Shown here piece after piece: positions 9,753 to 19,898 of a DNA stretch of 64,000 nucleotides (its first letter is position 1; every line of letters begins with the position of its first letter). The stretch is from assembly GCA_965203555.1 (NCBI GenBank), contig CBDBCY010000004.1, positions 32,001-96,000 on the forward strand, in the 5' to 3' direction. Below the pieces are notes generated by a model. The model worked only from the letters and a program-made list of their open reading frames with translations. It was not told the DNA's origin and searched no databases. Origin of the DNA: Acidimicrobiia bacterium (GTDB lineage Bacteria; Actinomycetota; Acidimicrobiia; Spongiisociales; ZC4RG35). The translations under genes and the position numbers were made by a program.

Positions 9753-10871
9753 GTGTCGGATTTGCAGACCATTGTGCAGGCCACTCTCGATTGGGGGAGG
9801 ATGGGCAAGAGATTCGCGCTGGCCACGGTGGTCGGGGTGAGGGGATCCACCTATCGGCAACTGGGGGCTCGCCAGTTGGTGGCGGAGGACGGTTATTCGG
9901 TGGGCACAGTCTCCGGGGGATGTTTGGATCAGGACCTGCACCGGGTGGTGGGGGAGGTCCTTTCCACCGGCGCCCCTCGCTTGGTCGAGTTCGACCTGAC
10001 CGCCGACGATGAGGCGATCTGGGGATGGGGGATAGGTTGCAACGGAGCTACCGAGTTGTTGGTCATCCCCTCCGGGGACGCGGTCCGGTGGGCGGAGGCG
10101 GTCACCGCCTGTCGGGCGCGTCACCGTACGCTGGCGGTGGTTCACGAGTTGTTCGGACCGGGGTATTCGAGACTCTATTTGCAATCGGACGGCGGGCATT
10201 CCGGTCTCCTGTCGGACAGATCCCTGGAGAGGGACGTCGTCGAAGCTGCCCACGCATCGATCATCGAGGGTGAGTCGCGTCCGGTCTCCGTGGGGGAGCG
10301 ACGTTTGCTGATCGAGGTGGTGGGCGCTCCTCGCAGACTGCTGATCTGTGGAGCGGGCCATGACGCCGATCCAGTGGTCCACTATGCGGCCGAGTTGGGA
10401 TTCGAGGTGGTGGTGAGCGACGAGCGCCCCGCTTTGCTGACCGAGGAGCGGTTTCCCGCAGCCCGTTTGGTTTCCTGCCTGCCCTCTGAACTGGGGACGA
10501 GAATCGAACTGGACCAACGTACGTACGTAGTGATCATGAGCCACAACTACCTGCGGGATCTCGATTACCTCAGGTCCCTGCTCGGTAGCGAAGTTCCCTA
10601 CATAGGCGCTCTGGGTCCCGGCGCCCGCTTGGAGCGACTGATCGCCGATTTGGAAGAATCAGGATGTTCGCCTTCCAGGAACGACTTTGCCAAAATGCAC
10701 GGGCCGGCGGGTTTGGACATCGGCGCCGAGGGGCCAAAGGAGATCGCCTGGGCGATCATGGCCGAGATCATGGCGGTGCGACGCGGCAAGGCGGCCGGGT
10801 ACCTGCGGGATCGCAAGGGTCCTGATTTTCTGCGTAAACTTCCAGCTATAAGGTCGCGACCGGTTTCTTAG
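9753..10871 (+). CDS. xdhC: XdhC/CoxI family molybdenum-cofactor insertion chaperone
   Basis: LATVV...GSTYR..GA, GTVSGGCL, GIGCNG, GAGHDA, MSHNY..D, GPAGLDIGA..P.EIA. Confidence 0.92.
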   Translation: MSDLQTIVQATLDWGRMGKRFALATVVGVRGSTYRQLGARQLVAEDGYSVGTVSGGCLDQDLHRVVGEVLSTGAPRLVEFDLTADDEAIWGWGIGCNGATELLVIPSGDAVRWAEAVTACRARHRTLAVVHELFGPGYSRLYLQSDGGHSGLLSDRSLERDVVEAAHASIIEGESRPVSVGERRLLIEVVGAPRRLLICGAGHDADPVVHYAAELGFEVVVSDERPALLTEERFPAARLVSCLPSELGTRIELDQRTYVVIMSHNYLRDLDYLRSLLGSEVPYIGALGPGARLERLIADLEESGCSPSRNDFAKMHGPAGLDIGAEGPKEIAWAIMAEIMAVRRGKAAGYLRDRKGPDFLRKLPAIRSRPVS

Positions 10872-10889
10872 CCACAGGAGCTCTTAATA

Positions 10890-11444
10890 ATGAAAATCAC
10901 ACACGATTTCGAGGTCTCCAAGCCCCTTCCGGTGGTTTGGGACTTTTTGCAGGATGTGCCCACCGTGGCTCAATGCCTGCCAGGCGCCGAACTCACCGAG
11001 GACAAGGGCGGTGGCGTTTACGCCGGGCGGGTCTCCGCCAAACTCGGGCCTCTCAGCGCCAGCTTTGAGGGAGAGGCCACGGTGGTGGCGGACCCCGCCA
11101 CTCACTCGGCGTCCATCAAAGGCAAGGGTGTTGACAAGAGAGGTGGAAGCCGTGGCCGGATGTCCGTGGTGTATCGGCTCAAAGAAACCGAGGGCGGCAC
11201 CGGAGTTGACATCGAAGCTGATGTCAACCTGGCCGGCGCCGCCGCCCAGTTCGGGCGCAGCGGTCTGATCCGAGAGATTTCCAACCGGCTGATCGGCGAG
11301 TTTGCCGAATGCCTGGAAGGAAAGCTGAGCGCCATGACGGTTGAGGAAGCCGCCGCGGTACAGGCGGGAGAAGTGAAAGGACTTCGGTTGTTCTCCCAGA
11401 CTCTCGGCGCCCGAATCAAGGGGGTTTTCTCCCGGTCCGAGTAG
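10890..11444 (+). CDS. coxG: CoxG / SRPBCC family protein
   Basis: VWDFL.D...VAQCLPGAEL, KLGP, AQFGR motifs. Confidence 0.88.
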   Translation: MKITHDFEVSKPLPVVWDFLQDVPTVAQCLPGAELTEDKGGGVYAGRVSAKLGPLSASFEGEATVVADPATHSASIKGKGVDKRGGSRGRMSVVYRLKETEGGTGVDIEADVNLAGAAAQFGRSGLIREISNRLIGEFAECLEGKLSAMTVEEAAAVQAGEVKGLRLFSQTLGARIKGVFSRSE

Positions 11445-11726
11445 GCGGTGGCGAACGTCGGCCCGTGCCCTCCCAGGTTTGCGACACCCGTGGTCAGCTT
11501 CTCCCGGGGTTGGTCACAACGGACTGGATAGGAGTTGCCCTCCGAAGACTGGTTCCATCTTCTCGCGTCTCCCACCTTGTGCTCAACCCCTCAACTCAGA
11601 GACCTTGAACATCCCGGTAGAAGGCGCTTGCGACACCGTGCGAGCGCGGTGGGCCTCCTGGAGCCGGAGTGTCGAAACTACTGGAACGTCCTCACCACCG
11701 TCTCCCCATCATCTTCCCATAAGCCA

Positions 11727-11801
11727 CAAAAGCAGATGCTGGTAATCATACGAAACAGGCAGGGTCTTATGATCAGGAGATGGAATGAGTTCTTCACTTG
11801 A
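11727..11801 (+). pseudogene. 3' remnant of a DUF4160-like gene
   Basis: C-terminal IIRNRQGLMIRRWNEFFT* overlaps a DUF2442 gene; the expected N-terminal part is not recognisable. Confidence 0.5.
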
Positions 11802-12141
11802 CACCGAGCGCTATCCGGTGGCGGTCGACGTGGTCGTGGTGCAGGACTTTCTCAGGGTTTTCTTGTCGGACGGTCGGGGGATCGCCATGCCGCTGTCGTG
11901 GTATCCGAGGCTGTGTCACGGCACACCCGCCGAATTGGACAACTGGGAGTTGCTGGGGGGAGGCATCGGTTTGTCCTGGCCCGACCTGGACGAGGACATC
12001 AGAGTGGCAGATGTTATCGACGGAATACCGGCGGGAGAGTCGGCGCGGTCGCTGGGTCGCTGGTTGCAGGCGCGCAACCAGAACCGCAGCGTGAAGTTCG
12101 AGGACATAGAAACCCACGAAACAACTGCGGAGTTCCGCTGA
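11785..12141 (+). CDS. DUF2442 domain protein
   Basis: LSDGR.I..PLSWYPRL...G.GLSWPDLDEDI, GES.RSL..WL. Confidence 0.9.
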   Translation: MSSSLDTERYPVAVDVVVVQDFLRVFLSDGRGIAMPLSWYPRLCHGTPAELDNWELLGGGIGLSWPDLDEDIRVADVIDGIPAGESARSLGRWLQARNQNRSVKFEDIETHETTAEFR

Positions 12142-12424
12142 GGGTCTCTGTAGACCCGGGCAGAAATTTGAGCACCTGAGCGGGCTGAAGGCGTTTACCA
12201 CCCGTGGTGTTCAGCGAGGGGCCTCATCACCGTTGAGCGGTAGGTGCGTTCGATCATGGTGTATCCGGTGACGGTGCGTCCCGTCGGAGGTCTGCCAAAC
12301 ATTTTCGAGGCTGCGCGTTTTGTGGACCACAACGACCAGGAAGTGCTAACCTCCATGGCCGTATCAACTCTCTTGGGTAGCATTGATGACTTCCCTGATT
12401 GCGGTACCGCGGAGGGAAAGTGAT

Positions 12425-13588
12425 ATGGCACACAAAACCGTACCGATCACCGCGCAGGTCCTCGCTTGGAGTCGGGAGGAGGCTGGTCTCACGCAGGTCG
12501 AGCTTGCCAAGCGGGCCAGATTGGCGGTGGAATCGATTCAAGCATGGGAAGCGGCGGAGTCGCGTCCTACCAAAGGCCAGTTCAACAGGCTGTTGAGGGT
12601 GCTGAATCGTCCATCGGCCCTTTTCTTTCTCCCTGAGCCTTCCGTTGAGGCGGGGATGCCCACTTCTCTCCGTAGCGCGCCGGCGCTTGGAGATCACAGG
12701 CTTGGCCTGATGGAAACTCGCCAAATACGCTGGGCGCGCAGGCTTCAGGAACTGATTTCATGGGTCCTCAAGGATGAAGGCTCCCCCGAGGCCCGTTTAC
12801 GTCAGTACCGAACGAGCCAAGATCCACAGGACGTGGCGGCGGTTGAGCGTTCCCTGTCCGGCGTCTCCCCGGATGAGCAACTGGGGTGGAAGAGCGCCTC
12901 GGAGGCGTTTCGCTCATGGCGGAGCCACCTGGAGGAACAGGGGGTGGTGGTTATGCAGCTCACAATGGGCAAGAACAACATCCGCGGATTCGGTGCGTGG
13001 GATGACTACGCACTCCTGGTTGCGGTGAATACTGCGTACCACCCGACAGCTCGGATCTTCACCCTCTTCCACGAGGTAGCCCATCTTCTGACCCGCATTG
13101 ACGCTGCCTGCCAGGGCTTCGTGTTCCCCGATCCACAGGATGGGTCGGTTGAGAGGTGGTGCGAGCAATTCTCGGCAACGTTTCTCCTTCCTGCCGACAG
13201 CCTGAGGATGGTGGCGCGGAAGTATGGCGTCACCGTCTCTTCTCCTACCGCCCAACCCGACACAGCGCGACTTATCGCAAACAGATTCTCTGTCAGCACG
13301 AGAGCCACCGCGATTCGTCTCCAGGAAGTAGATCTCGCGGTGCCCTCGCTCTATTCAGCCGTAGCCGCGCAATTCGCCGGAAGAGATTGGAATGATCCCT
13401 CGGGGGGAGGGGGAGGTGGCCAGACTGCTCCGGTGAAGCGAGTCGGCCAGTTCGGGACACGGTTGCCCAGCGCCCTTTTCGCCGCCTCCGGTCGGGGACG
13501 CCTCACGACCCGCGACCTTGCGGACCACCTCCGACTCAAGACCGGTCAACTGGATGATCTGAAGGGCTTGTTGAATGAACCTCGATGA
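12425..13588 (+). CDS. XRE-HTH plus ImmA/IrrE metallopeptidase
   Basis: N-terminal HTH (GLTQVELAK...WE...PT), RIFTLFHEVAH (HExxH), ERWCEQF. Confidence 0.92.
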   Translation: MAHKTVPITAQVLAWSREEAGLTQVELAKRARLAVESIQAWEAAESRPTKGQFNRLLRVLNRPSALFFLPEPSVEAGMPTSLRSAPALGDHRLGLMETRQIRWARRLQELISWVLKDEGSPEARLRQYRTSQDPQDVAAVERSLSGVSPDEQLGWKSASEAFRSWRSHLEEQGVVVMQLTMGKNNIRGFGAWDDYALLVAVNTAYHPTARIFTLFHEVAHLLTRIDAACQGFVFPDPQDGSVERWCEQFSATFLLPADSLRMVARKYGVTVSSPTAQPDTARLIANRFSVSTRATAIRLQEVDLAVPSLYSAVAAQFAGRDWNDPSGGGGGGQTAPVKRVGQFGTRLPSALFAASGRGRLTTRDLADHLRLKTGQLDDLKGLLNEPR

Positions 13589-14091
13589 TGTCGGGGTTTG
13601 GATCATTGACTCCTCCGCTTTGATAAAGGCAAAGACGATCGTGTCGGTGAGGAGACAGTGGGATGCCTTCAAGCATCTTGAACAGATGGTCATCGAAGGG
13701 CGGATCGCCCTACCGCGGCAGGTAATCAACGAGATGAGCGAAATTGCGTATCCCCGATGTGCCCGGTGCCTGGGCGCCAGGTGTTCGTGAGAGTCTGCAG
13801 CACCCCTTGGATGCGGGATATGCCTATCTTGCAAGGGTTATGTCGGTTGCCGGAGAGGTGGTGGATGTCAACAAGCCGGGAGAAGATGCAGACCCCTGGG
13901 TCTTAGCGTTAGCGCTACACCTTAAGGATGAGGGTTACGTTGTCTGCGTCGTGACGGAGGATGTCGTCGACAGAACCAGTATCTCGATAGCAACCGCCTG
14001 CGGCAGGCTCCGCATTCCCTGGAGGCCTATGCGCACCTTCCTTCAACACTGCGGGATACGCATGCTCAAAGAAAAAGACCAGCAATCTTGA
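13575..14091 (+). CDS. DUF4411-type PIN domain protein, frameshift at C4 13752-13755
   Basis: WIIDSSALI, V..E, ADPWVLALA and VVTED PIN motifs are split across two frames and joined by removing one C. Confidence 0.8.
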
Positions 14092-14193
14092 TTGTAACGA
14101 CAGGTGCCTGGTGGCCGTCGAGGTTGGGCGCTGGGGAGGCTGGAACGGCGGAAATGCCCGAAGGGGTGAAGAGGGCTTGGATCTTTCAGGCGC

Positions 14194-16914
14194 TCAGCGC
14201 GTCCAGGACGGTTGCAGGTCGGGGTCGATCAGGTAGCGTTTCATGGCGTCCGACACTGCTGATGGTGTGACCAGGCCCTGGGTGGAGAGGGCGGACAGCA
14301 CGTTCACCACCAGGTATCCGGTGTCGATCTCGAAGAACCTGCGGAGCGTTCGGCGGGTGTCGGAGCGTCCGAATCCGTCGGTGCCCAGCGTGACGTACCT
14401 GGCGGGGACCCATCTGCTGATCTGATCCGGCACGGAGCGCATGAAGTCGGTGACTGCTACGATCACCGGTCCGGCGCCTTCCAGTCGGCGGGTGAGGTAG
14501 GGCTTGCGCGGGCGCTGGTGGGGGTGCAGCAGATTCCAGCGTTCCACCTCCATCGCCTCGGCCCGAAGAGTCTGGTAGGAAGGGGCCGACCACAGTTCCA
14601 CCCCCACCCCGAAGTGCTCCGCCAAGTCCTGCTGAGCCTGTTGGGCGGCGCCCACCGCAGAGCCGGAGAACAGGATCGATCCCTCTTTCTCCACCCCTTC
14701 CGGTGACGGCGCCCAGCGGTACAGGCCCGCCAGGATCCCCCCGTCCACCCCGGCGGGTTTTACGGGATGGTGGTAATTCTCGTTGTAAACGGTGATGTAA
14801 TAGGAGATGTCCTCGTTCTCCTGGTACATGCGCCGGATGCCGTCCTCGATCACCACCCCCAATTCGTAGGCGAAGGCGGGGTCGTAGCTCTTGATGGACG
14901 GGACGGTGGAGGAAAGCACATGACTGTGGCCGTCCTGGTGCTGCAGCCCCTCGCCGTTCAGGGTGGTGCGTCCGGCGGTGGCCCCCAACAGGAAACCGCG
15001 GGCCCGGGCGTCGCTGGCCGCCCAAATCATATCGCCCACCCGCTGGAAGCCGAACATCGAGTAGAAGATGAAGAAGGGAACCACGGGAACCCCCCGGTTG
15101 GCGTAACAGGTGGCTGCGGCGGTCCAGGAGGCGAGGGATCCTGCCTCGGTGATCCCTTCTTCCAGGAGCTGTCCGTCCTGCCGCTCCAAGTAGGCCAGAA
15201 TCATGGCGGCGTCCACCGGCTCGTATAGTTGGCCCCGCGAAGCGTATATGCCCAGTTCGCGAAACAGGGGATCCATTCCGAACGTGCGGGCTTCGTCGGG
15301 GACGATGGGCACCACCCGCGGTCCGAACTCGGGCGCCCGGCACAGGTTGCGCAGCAGTCGCACGAAGGCGGTGGTGGTGGAGACCTCCACCTTGCCGCTG
15401 CCCTGGTTGAGGACGTCGAAGGCCTCGGGAGAGGGAAGGGTCAATGGCTTTCTGATCCTCACCGTGCGTTGGGGAAGCCAGCCGCCCAAACGCTTGCGAG
15501 ACTCCATCAGGTACTGATACTCGGGGGAGGAGACGGGCGGGCGATAGTAGGGGGGATCGGTATCTGCCTCGAAAGAGTCGTCCGGTATCTCCTCGGCAAG
15601 TTCCAACCGGTCGCGAAGTTGTTTGAGTTGCTGGTTGGTGAGCTGTTTGATCTGGTGGGTGGCGTTGCGTCCTTCCACGTCGGGACCCAATGTCCACCCC
15701 TTGATGGTCTTGGTGAGGATCACGGTGGGCGCGCCGGAGGCGCGGGTGGCGGCCTCGTAGGCGGCGTAGACCTTCACCGGGTCATGGCCTCCCCGTCGCA
15801 GTTCCCAGATGTCGCGGTCACTGAGTTGCTGGGCCATCGCCAGGGTGCGAGGGTCCTTTCCGAAGAAGTGTTCGCGAACGTAGGCGCCGCTTTCCGCCTT
15901 GTAACGCTGGTATTCCCCGTCGAGGGTGCGATGCATCACATCCACCAAGGCACCATCGTGGTCCTGCGCCAAAAGGGGGTCCCAGCCCGATCCCCACACC
16001 ACTTTGATCACATTCCATCCCGCTCCCCGGAAGACGGCCTCCAATTCCTGGATTATCTTGCCGTTGCCCCGCACCGGTCCGTCCAGGCGTTGCAGGTTGC
16101 AGTTGACCACCCACACCAGGTTGTCCAGTCCTTCCCGGGCGGCCAGAGAAAGCGATCCGAGCGCCTCGGGCTCGTCGCATTCACCGTCACCGACGAAGCA
16201 CCACACGCGGGTGTCGTTGGTGGTATCGAGGCCCCGGTTCTCCAGGTACTTGTTGAAACGGGCTTGATAGATCGAGGACAGGGGGCCCAAACCCATCGAA
16301 ACGGTGGGATACTCCCAAAAGTCGGGCATGAGCCGGGGGTGGGGATAGGATGAGAGCCCCCCGCCGCCGATTTCCATGCGGAAGTTGTCGAGATGATGCT
16401 CGTCCAGGCGACGCTCGAGGAACGACCGCGCGTAGATACCAGGCGCGGCGTGTCCCTGGATGTAGACCGCATCGCCGGGACGGCCGTCCTCCTTGCCCCG
16501 GAAAAAGTGGTGGAAGCCTATCTCGTAGAGCAGTGCTGAAGAGGCGAATGTGGAGAGGTGTCCCCCGATGCCTTTCTCCATGTCGTTGGCTTTGATCACC
16601 ATCACCGCCGCGTTCCACCTTATGAACCGGCGGATCCTCTTTTCCATCCACAGGTCACCCGGGTAGGCGGGTTCTTCCTCGGGGGGGATCGAATTGACGT
16701 ACGGGGTGCTGATCGACCCCGGGGCGGCCATTCCCTTCTGCCGGGCCCGGTCCATGAGTTTGGTGAGCAGAAACTCCCCGCGGGCCGTGCCCCTCTCTTC
16801 CACCACCGCATCGAGGGATTCGATCCACTCGGTGGTCTCCTCCGGGTCGGCGTCGTGATGCTGATGGACGAATCCGTCCACGTAGGAGAGGCTGTATTCT
16901 TTCCAGTAGGTCAT
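14194..16914 (-). CDS. aceE: Pyruvate dehydrogenase E1 component (homodimeric type)
   Basis: GGHLST, SSYPHP, PTVSMGLG, GDGECDE, NCNLQRLDGPV, FYSMFGFQR. Confidence 0.97.
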   Translation of the reverse strand: MTYWKEYSLSYVDGFVHQHHDADPEETTEWIESLDAVVEERGTARGEFLLTKLMDRARQKGMAAPGSISTPYVNSIPPEEEPAYPGDLWMEKRIRRFIRWNAAVMVIKANDMEKGIGGHLSTFASSALLYEIGFHHFFRGKEDGRPGDAVYIQGHAAPGIYARSFLERRLDEHHLDNFRMEIGGGGLSSYPHPRLMPDFWEYPTVSMGLGPLSSIYQARFNKYLENRGLDTTNDTRVWCFVGDGECDEPEALGSLSLAAREGLDNLVWVVNCNLQRLDGPVRGNGKIIQELEAVFRGAGWNVIKVVWGSGWDPLLAQDHDGALVDVMHRTLDGEYQRYKAESGAYVREHFFGKDPRTLAMAQQLSDRDIWELRRGGHDPVKVYAAYEAATRASGAPTVILTKTIKGWTLGPDVEGRNATHQIKQLTNQQLKQLRDRLELAEEIPDDSFEADTDPPYYRPPVSSPEYQYLMESRKRLGGWLPQRTVRIRKPLTLPSPEAFDVLNQGSGKVEVSTTTAFVRLLRNLCRAPEFGPRVVPIVPDEARTFGMDPLFRELGIYASRGQLYEPVDAAMILAYLERQDGQLLEEGITEAGSLASWTAAATCYANRGVPVVPFFIFYSMFGFQRVGDMIWAASDARARGFLLGATAGRTTLNGEGLQHQDGHSHVLSSTVPSIKSYDPAFAYELGVVIEDGIRRMYQENEDISYYITVYNENYHHPVKPAGVDGGILAGLYRWAPSPEGVEKEGSILFSGSAVGAAQQAQQDLAEHFGVGVELWSAPSYQTLRAEAMEVERWNLLHPHQRPRKPYLTRRLEGAGPVIVAVTDFMRSVPDQISRWVPARYVTLGTDGFGRSDTRRTLRRFFEIDTGYLVVNVLSALSTQGLVTPSAVSDAMKRYLIDPDLQPSWTR

Positions 16915-17002
16915 CGTTCTAATGGAAGGATACCTCTGAGAGGGAAGGGTCTTCCAGGCAGATCAGTCACCGGTGCTCAGGTGAGGTGAAAGGACTTTCG
17001 AC

Positions 17003-18394
17003 ATTCGGATACTGCTGATCTCAACCTACGAATTGGGCCACCAGCCACTTCACGTCGCCTGGCCGGCCGCCGCCCTGACTGCGGCCGGCCATTCGGTCAA
17101 AGCATTGGATCTGGCAGTGGAGGACTGGGACGATGAGAGGGTGCAGTGGGCTGAGGCGGTGGGCGTGTCGGTGCCCATGCACACCGGCATGAGGCTGGGC
17201 GTGCAGACTGCCCGCCGCATCAAGTCCGACAGCCCCCACAAGCCCATCGTCTTCTACGGCCTGTATGCCGCGGCGGCCCGGGATCGGGTGGTGGGCGAGG
17301 TTGCCGACCGGGCTATTGCGGGCGAATACACCGCGGAACTGGTCGAGTGGTTCAACGGGCTGGGTTCCGTTACGTGGCGGGGATCGGGGCCGATCACAAT
17401 CTCCACCCGCAGGTCGCCTTCGCTGGTTCCTGCCCGCGGGATTCTTCCTCCGCTGGACAAATACGTCTGTCTGGAGCATGGGGGACAAACGCGTTTGGCC
17501 GGGTACGTGGAAGGCAGCAGGGGATGCCGCCACCGGTGCCGGCACTGTCCGCTTCCGGCGATCTATGACGGACGTTATCGCATCGTGGACCGCGAGAGCA
17601 TACTGGCCGACATCCAGTGGTTGACCGACAATGGCGCCGAGCACATCACCTTTGGCGATCCGGACTTTCTCAACGGTCCCGCCCACGCCCGTCGTTTGGT
17701 GGAAGCCGCCCATCGCCAGTTTCCCGACCTAACTTTCGACTTGACGGTTAAGGTTGAACACATCCTGTCCCACCGGTCGATCTGGCGGGAAATGGCCGAG
17801 CGCAACGTGGTATTCGTGGTGTCAGCCTTCGAAACCGTAAATGATCGAGTCCTGAGGCTATTGGACAAAGGACACACCGTGGCCGACTTGGCGCCGGCCC
17901 TTCGGATCTTGAGAGAAGTGGGAATAGCAGTGCGACCGTCATGGCTCCCCTTCACGCCATGGACCGAACTCTCCGACCTCGACCACATCTTTTCATTCAT
18001 CTCGGATCATGACCTGATGGGCGCCACTGATCCGGTGCAGATGGGGATTCGTCTGCTGGTGCCGGAAGGATCGCTGGTGTTGTCGATACCGGGCGCCGCG
18101 CGCATATTCGGAGACTACGACCCCGAGGTGCTGGGATATCCATGGGAGTCTGCCGATCCGGCGGTGGACGAACTGCAGGGCAAGGTCCTGGCTCTGGCCG
18201 AATCGGGGACCCGGGGAGAGATGAGCACCCGCCGGACCCTCCACGCCCAGTGGGAGCAGGCGCGGCTGGCCGTGGGGGGTCGGTCGCCGTCAGTGTCGGA
18301 CGTGGACTGGGAGGATGAGGCGCCCGGTCTCACCGAATCGTGGTTCTGCTGCGCGGAGCCCACCGAAGTCCAGATGGCGGGGGTGACCGGCTAG
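17003..18394 (+). CDS. CUAEP/CCAEP-tail radical SAM protein (start codon uncertain)
   Basis: ILLISTYELGHQP N-terminus, GCRHRCRHC CxxxCxxC, HITFGDPDF, C-terminal ESWFCCAEPT. Confidence 0.88.
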   Translation: MRILLISTYELGHQPLHVAWPAAALTAAGHSVKALDLAVEDWDDERVQWAEAVGVSVPMHTGMRLGVQTARRIKSDSPHKPIVFYGLYAAAARDRVVGEVADRAIAGEYTAELVEWFNGLGSVTWRGSGPITISTRRSPSLVPARGILPPLDKYVCLEHGGQTRLAGYVEGSRGCRHRCRHCPLPAIYDGRYRIVDRESILADIQWLTDNGAEHITFGDPDFLNGPAHARRLVEAAHRQFPDLTFDLTVKVEHILSHRSIWREMAERNVVFVVSAFETVNDRVLRLLDKGHTVADLAPALRILREVGIAVRPSWLPFTPWTELSDLDHIFSFISDHDLMGATDPVQMGIRLLVPEGSLVLSIPGAARIFGDYDPEVLGYPWESADPAVDELQGKVLALAESGTRGEMSTRRTLHAQWEQARLAVGGRSPSVSDVDWEDEAPGLTESWFCCAEPTEVQMAGVTG

Positions 18395-18399
18395 GGAGT

Positions 18400-19827
18400 T
18401 CAGCGGTGGGACCGGCACCGCTGCTCGAACGGACAGGCGCCGCACCACTCGCCCACCTCAAAAGTGGGAGACGTCGCGTCCAGCAGGTCCCATTGGGAGG
18501 CGGCATGGGCCAGTTCGACCAGTTGCCGCGCCAGTTCCTCCATCTGTTCTCTTTTCCAGACTTTGCGATCACAGGTCGGTGTCTTTCCCGAGGTGGAGAG
18601 CTGATGGATGTGGGTAGTCACGGCGGGCGTCCTCTTGAACCGGAGCAGGGCGCCCAGCGCGTACAGTTCGGCCTCATAGGGGTAGACCCGGGGGGAGGCG
18701 CCGGTCTTGTGATCGATCACCACCGGGGTGTCGTCTCCTTCCCTTCCCACCCCGTCGGCAATGCCGTACAGCACCACCGAGACGGGTTTGCGCCCGGCGC
18801 CGAATCGGACGGTAAAGCCCAGGGGGAACTCGGTTTTCGTGATGTTGAGATCGGACGCACACGAAAGGCTCAGATGTTGGCGGTAGAGAGCCTCCGTCTC
18901 CAGGTCCTCGGAAAAAAACGATGCCGGGTCAGGCGACAGCAATGCCTGCGCCATCAACTCATGAAACCTGTTGCCCAGTTCCAGGCCGGGGGAGGTCTCA
19001 AGCGAGAAGTGATCGGGATCTACAGGGATGGAGAACATCGTCTTCCAGGCGGCCCTCCGTTGACAAAGTTCTATTTCAGGCAACCTCGATTTGGAGATCA
19101 TCATGCGAAACCCCGAAGTCTTACGCTTCGCATATGGGATGACATCCATGGCGTCGGGGTCCAGGGCGGGGAAGGTATCGCACAGGTCCGACACCCCGCA
19201 GGTCGAGCAGTGTGACCCTGCCACGATCCGGGGCTCACTGTCAATCATCTTCCGGTAGTCGTTTTCCAATGCCGCCAAGATCTCGCGCGCTCGCGTCCGG
19301 GGCATCTCCAGGCGGATCATCTCTCCGTCGGCGGTTCTTATCTCATAGGCCTCCATGGAGGTGGGAAAGCGCGAATCGGAGACAGTCACGGCTATCTCTT
19401 CGGGGGCGGTGGCGAACTCGGCGCCCTCTTTGATCTGCCCGGTCTTCAGCTTGTACATCGTCAGCGCTCCATCAGAGTCCCGGTGGGTGAATTGGAAGAA
19501 AACACTCAGCTCTTCGGGTCCGATCGGGTAGTTGAGTTGAGGCCAATCGAAGTCAAAATCTCCCTGCCCGGGCGCCGGCAGGAGTGGCAGTGCTCTGTTG
19601 ATCTGAGCAGCGACGATTTCCGCCTGCACCGGATCGAACCGTTCCTCCACCGGGGGCGGGGGAGGCCGTCCGCCCAGCTCGGCAGCCAGGGCTTCCCAAG
19701 TGGCGCTCCATCTTCGCAACGGAGGGACATTGCGGTTGGTTCCAGGCGGCGACATTCCCAGGTCCGCAAAGGCGCCCGGGCAAATTCGCTTACCGGGTGC
19801 GCTGACCAGGTCCTTTGGTGCGCTCAT
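18400..19827 (-). CDS. Tandem Cas4/RecB-like PD-(D/E)XK nuclease with two Cys clusters
   Basis: CP...KLKTG...CxxCx5C followed by LCQRR...GNRFH...GIAD...IDHKTG...CxxCPx4C. Confidence 0.75.
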   Translation of the reverse strand: MSAPKDLVSAPGKRICPGAFADLGMSPPGTNRNVPPLRRWSATWEALAAELGGRPPPPPVEERFDPVQAEIVAAQINRALPLLPAPGQGDFDFDWPQLNYPIGPEELSVFFQFTHRDSDGALTMYKLKTGQIKEGAEFATAPEEIAVTVSDSRFPTSMEAYEIRTADGEMIRLEMPRTRAREILAALENDYRKMIDSEPRIVAGSHCSTCGVSDLCDTFPALDPDAMDVIPYAKRKTSGFRMMISKSRLPEIELCQRRAAWKTMFSIPVDPDHFSLETSPGLELGNRFHELMAQALLSPDPASFFSEDLETEALYRQHLSLSCASDLNITKTEFPLGFTVRFGAGRKPVSVVLYGIADGVGREGDDTPVVIDHKTGASPRVYPYEAELYALGALLRFKRTPAVTTHIHQLSTSGKTPTCDRKVWKREQMEELARQLVELAHAASQWDLLDATSPTFEVGEWCGACPFEQRCRSHR

Positions 19828-19898
19828 CGTTTCCGGTCCCCGACCGCCGAGGCGCCGCAATACAGGTCCATCCCCAGACCCTTATCATCTCTTCGCAG

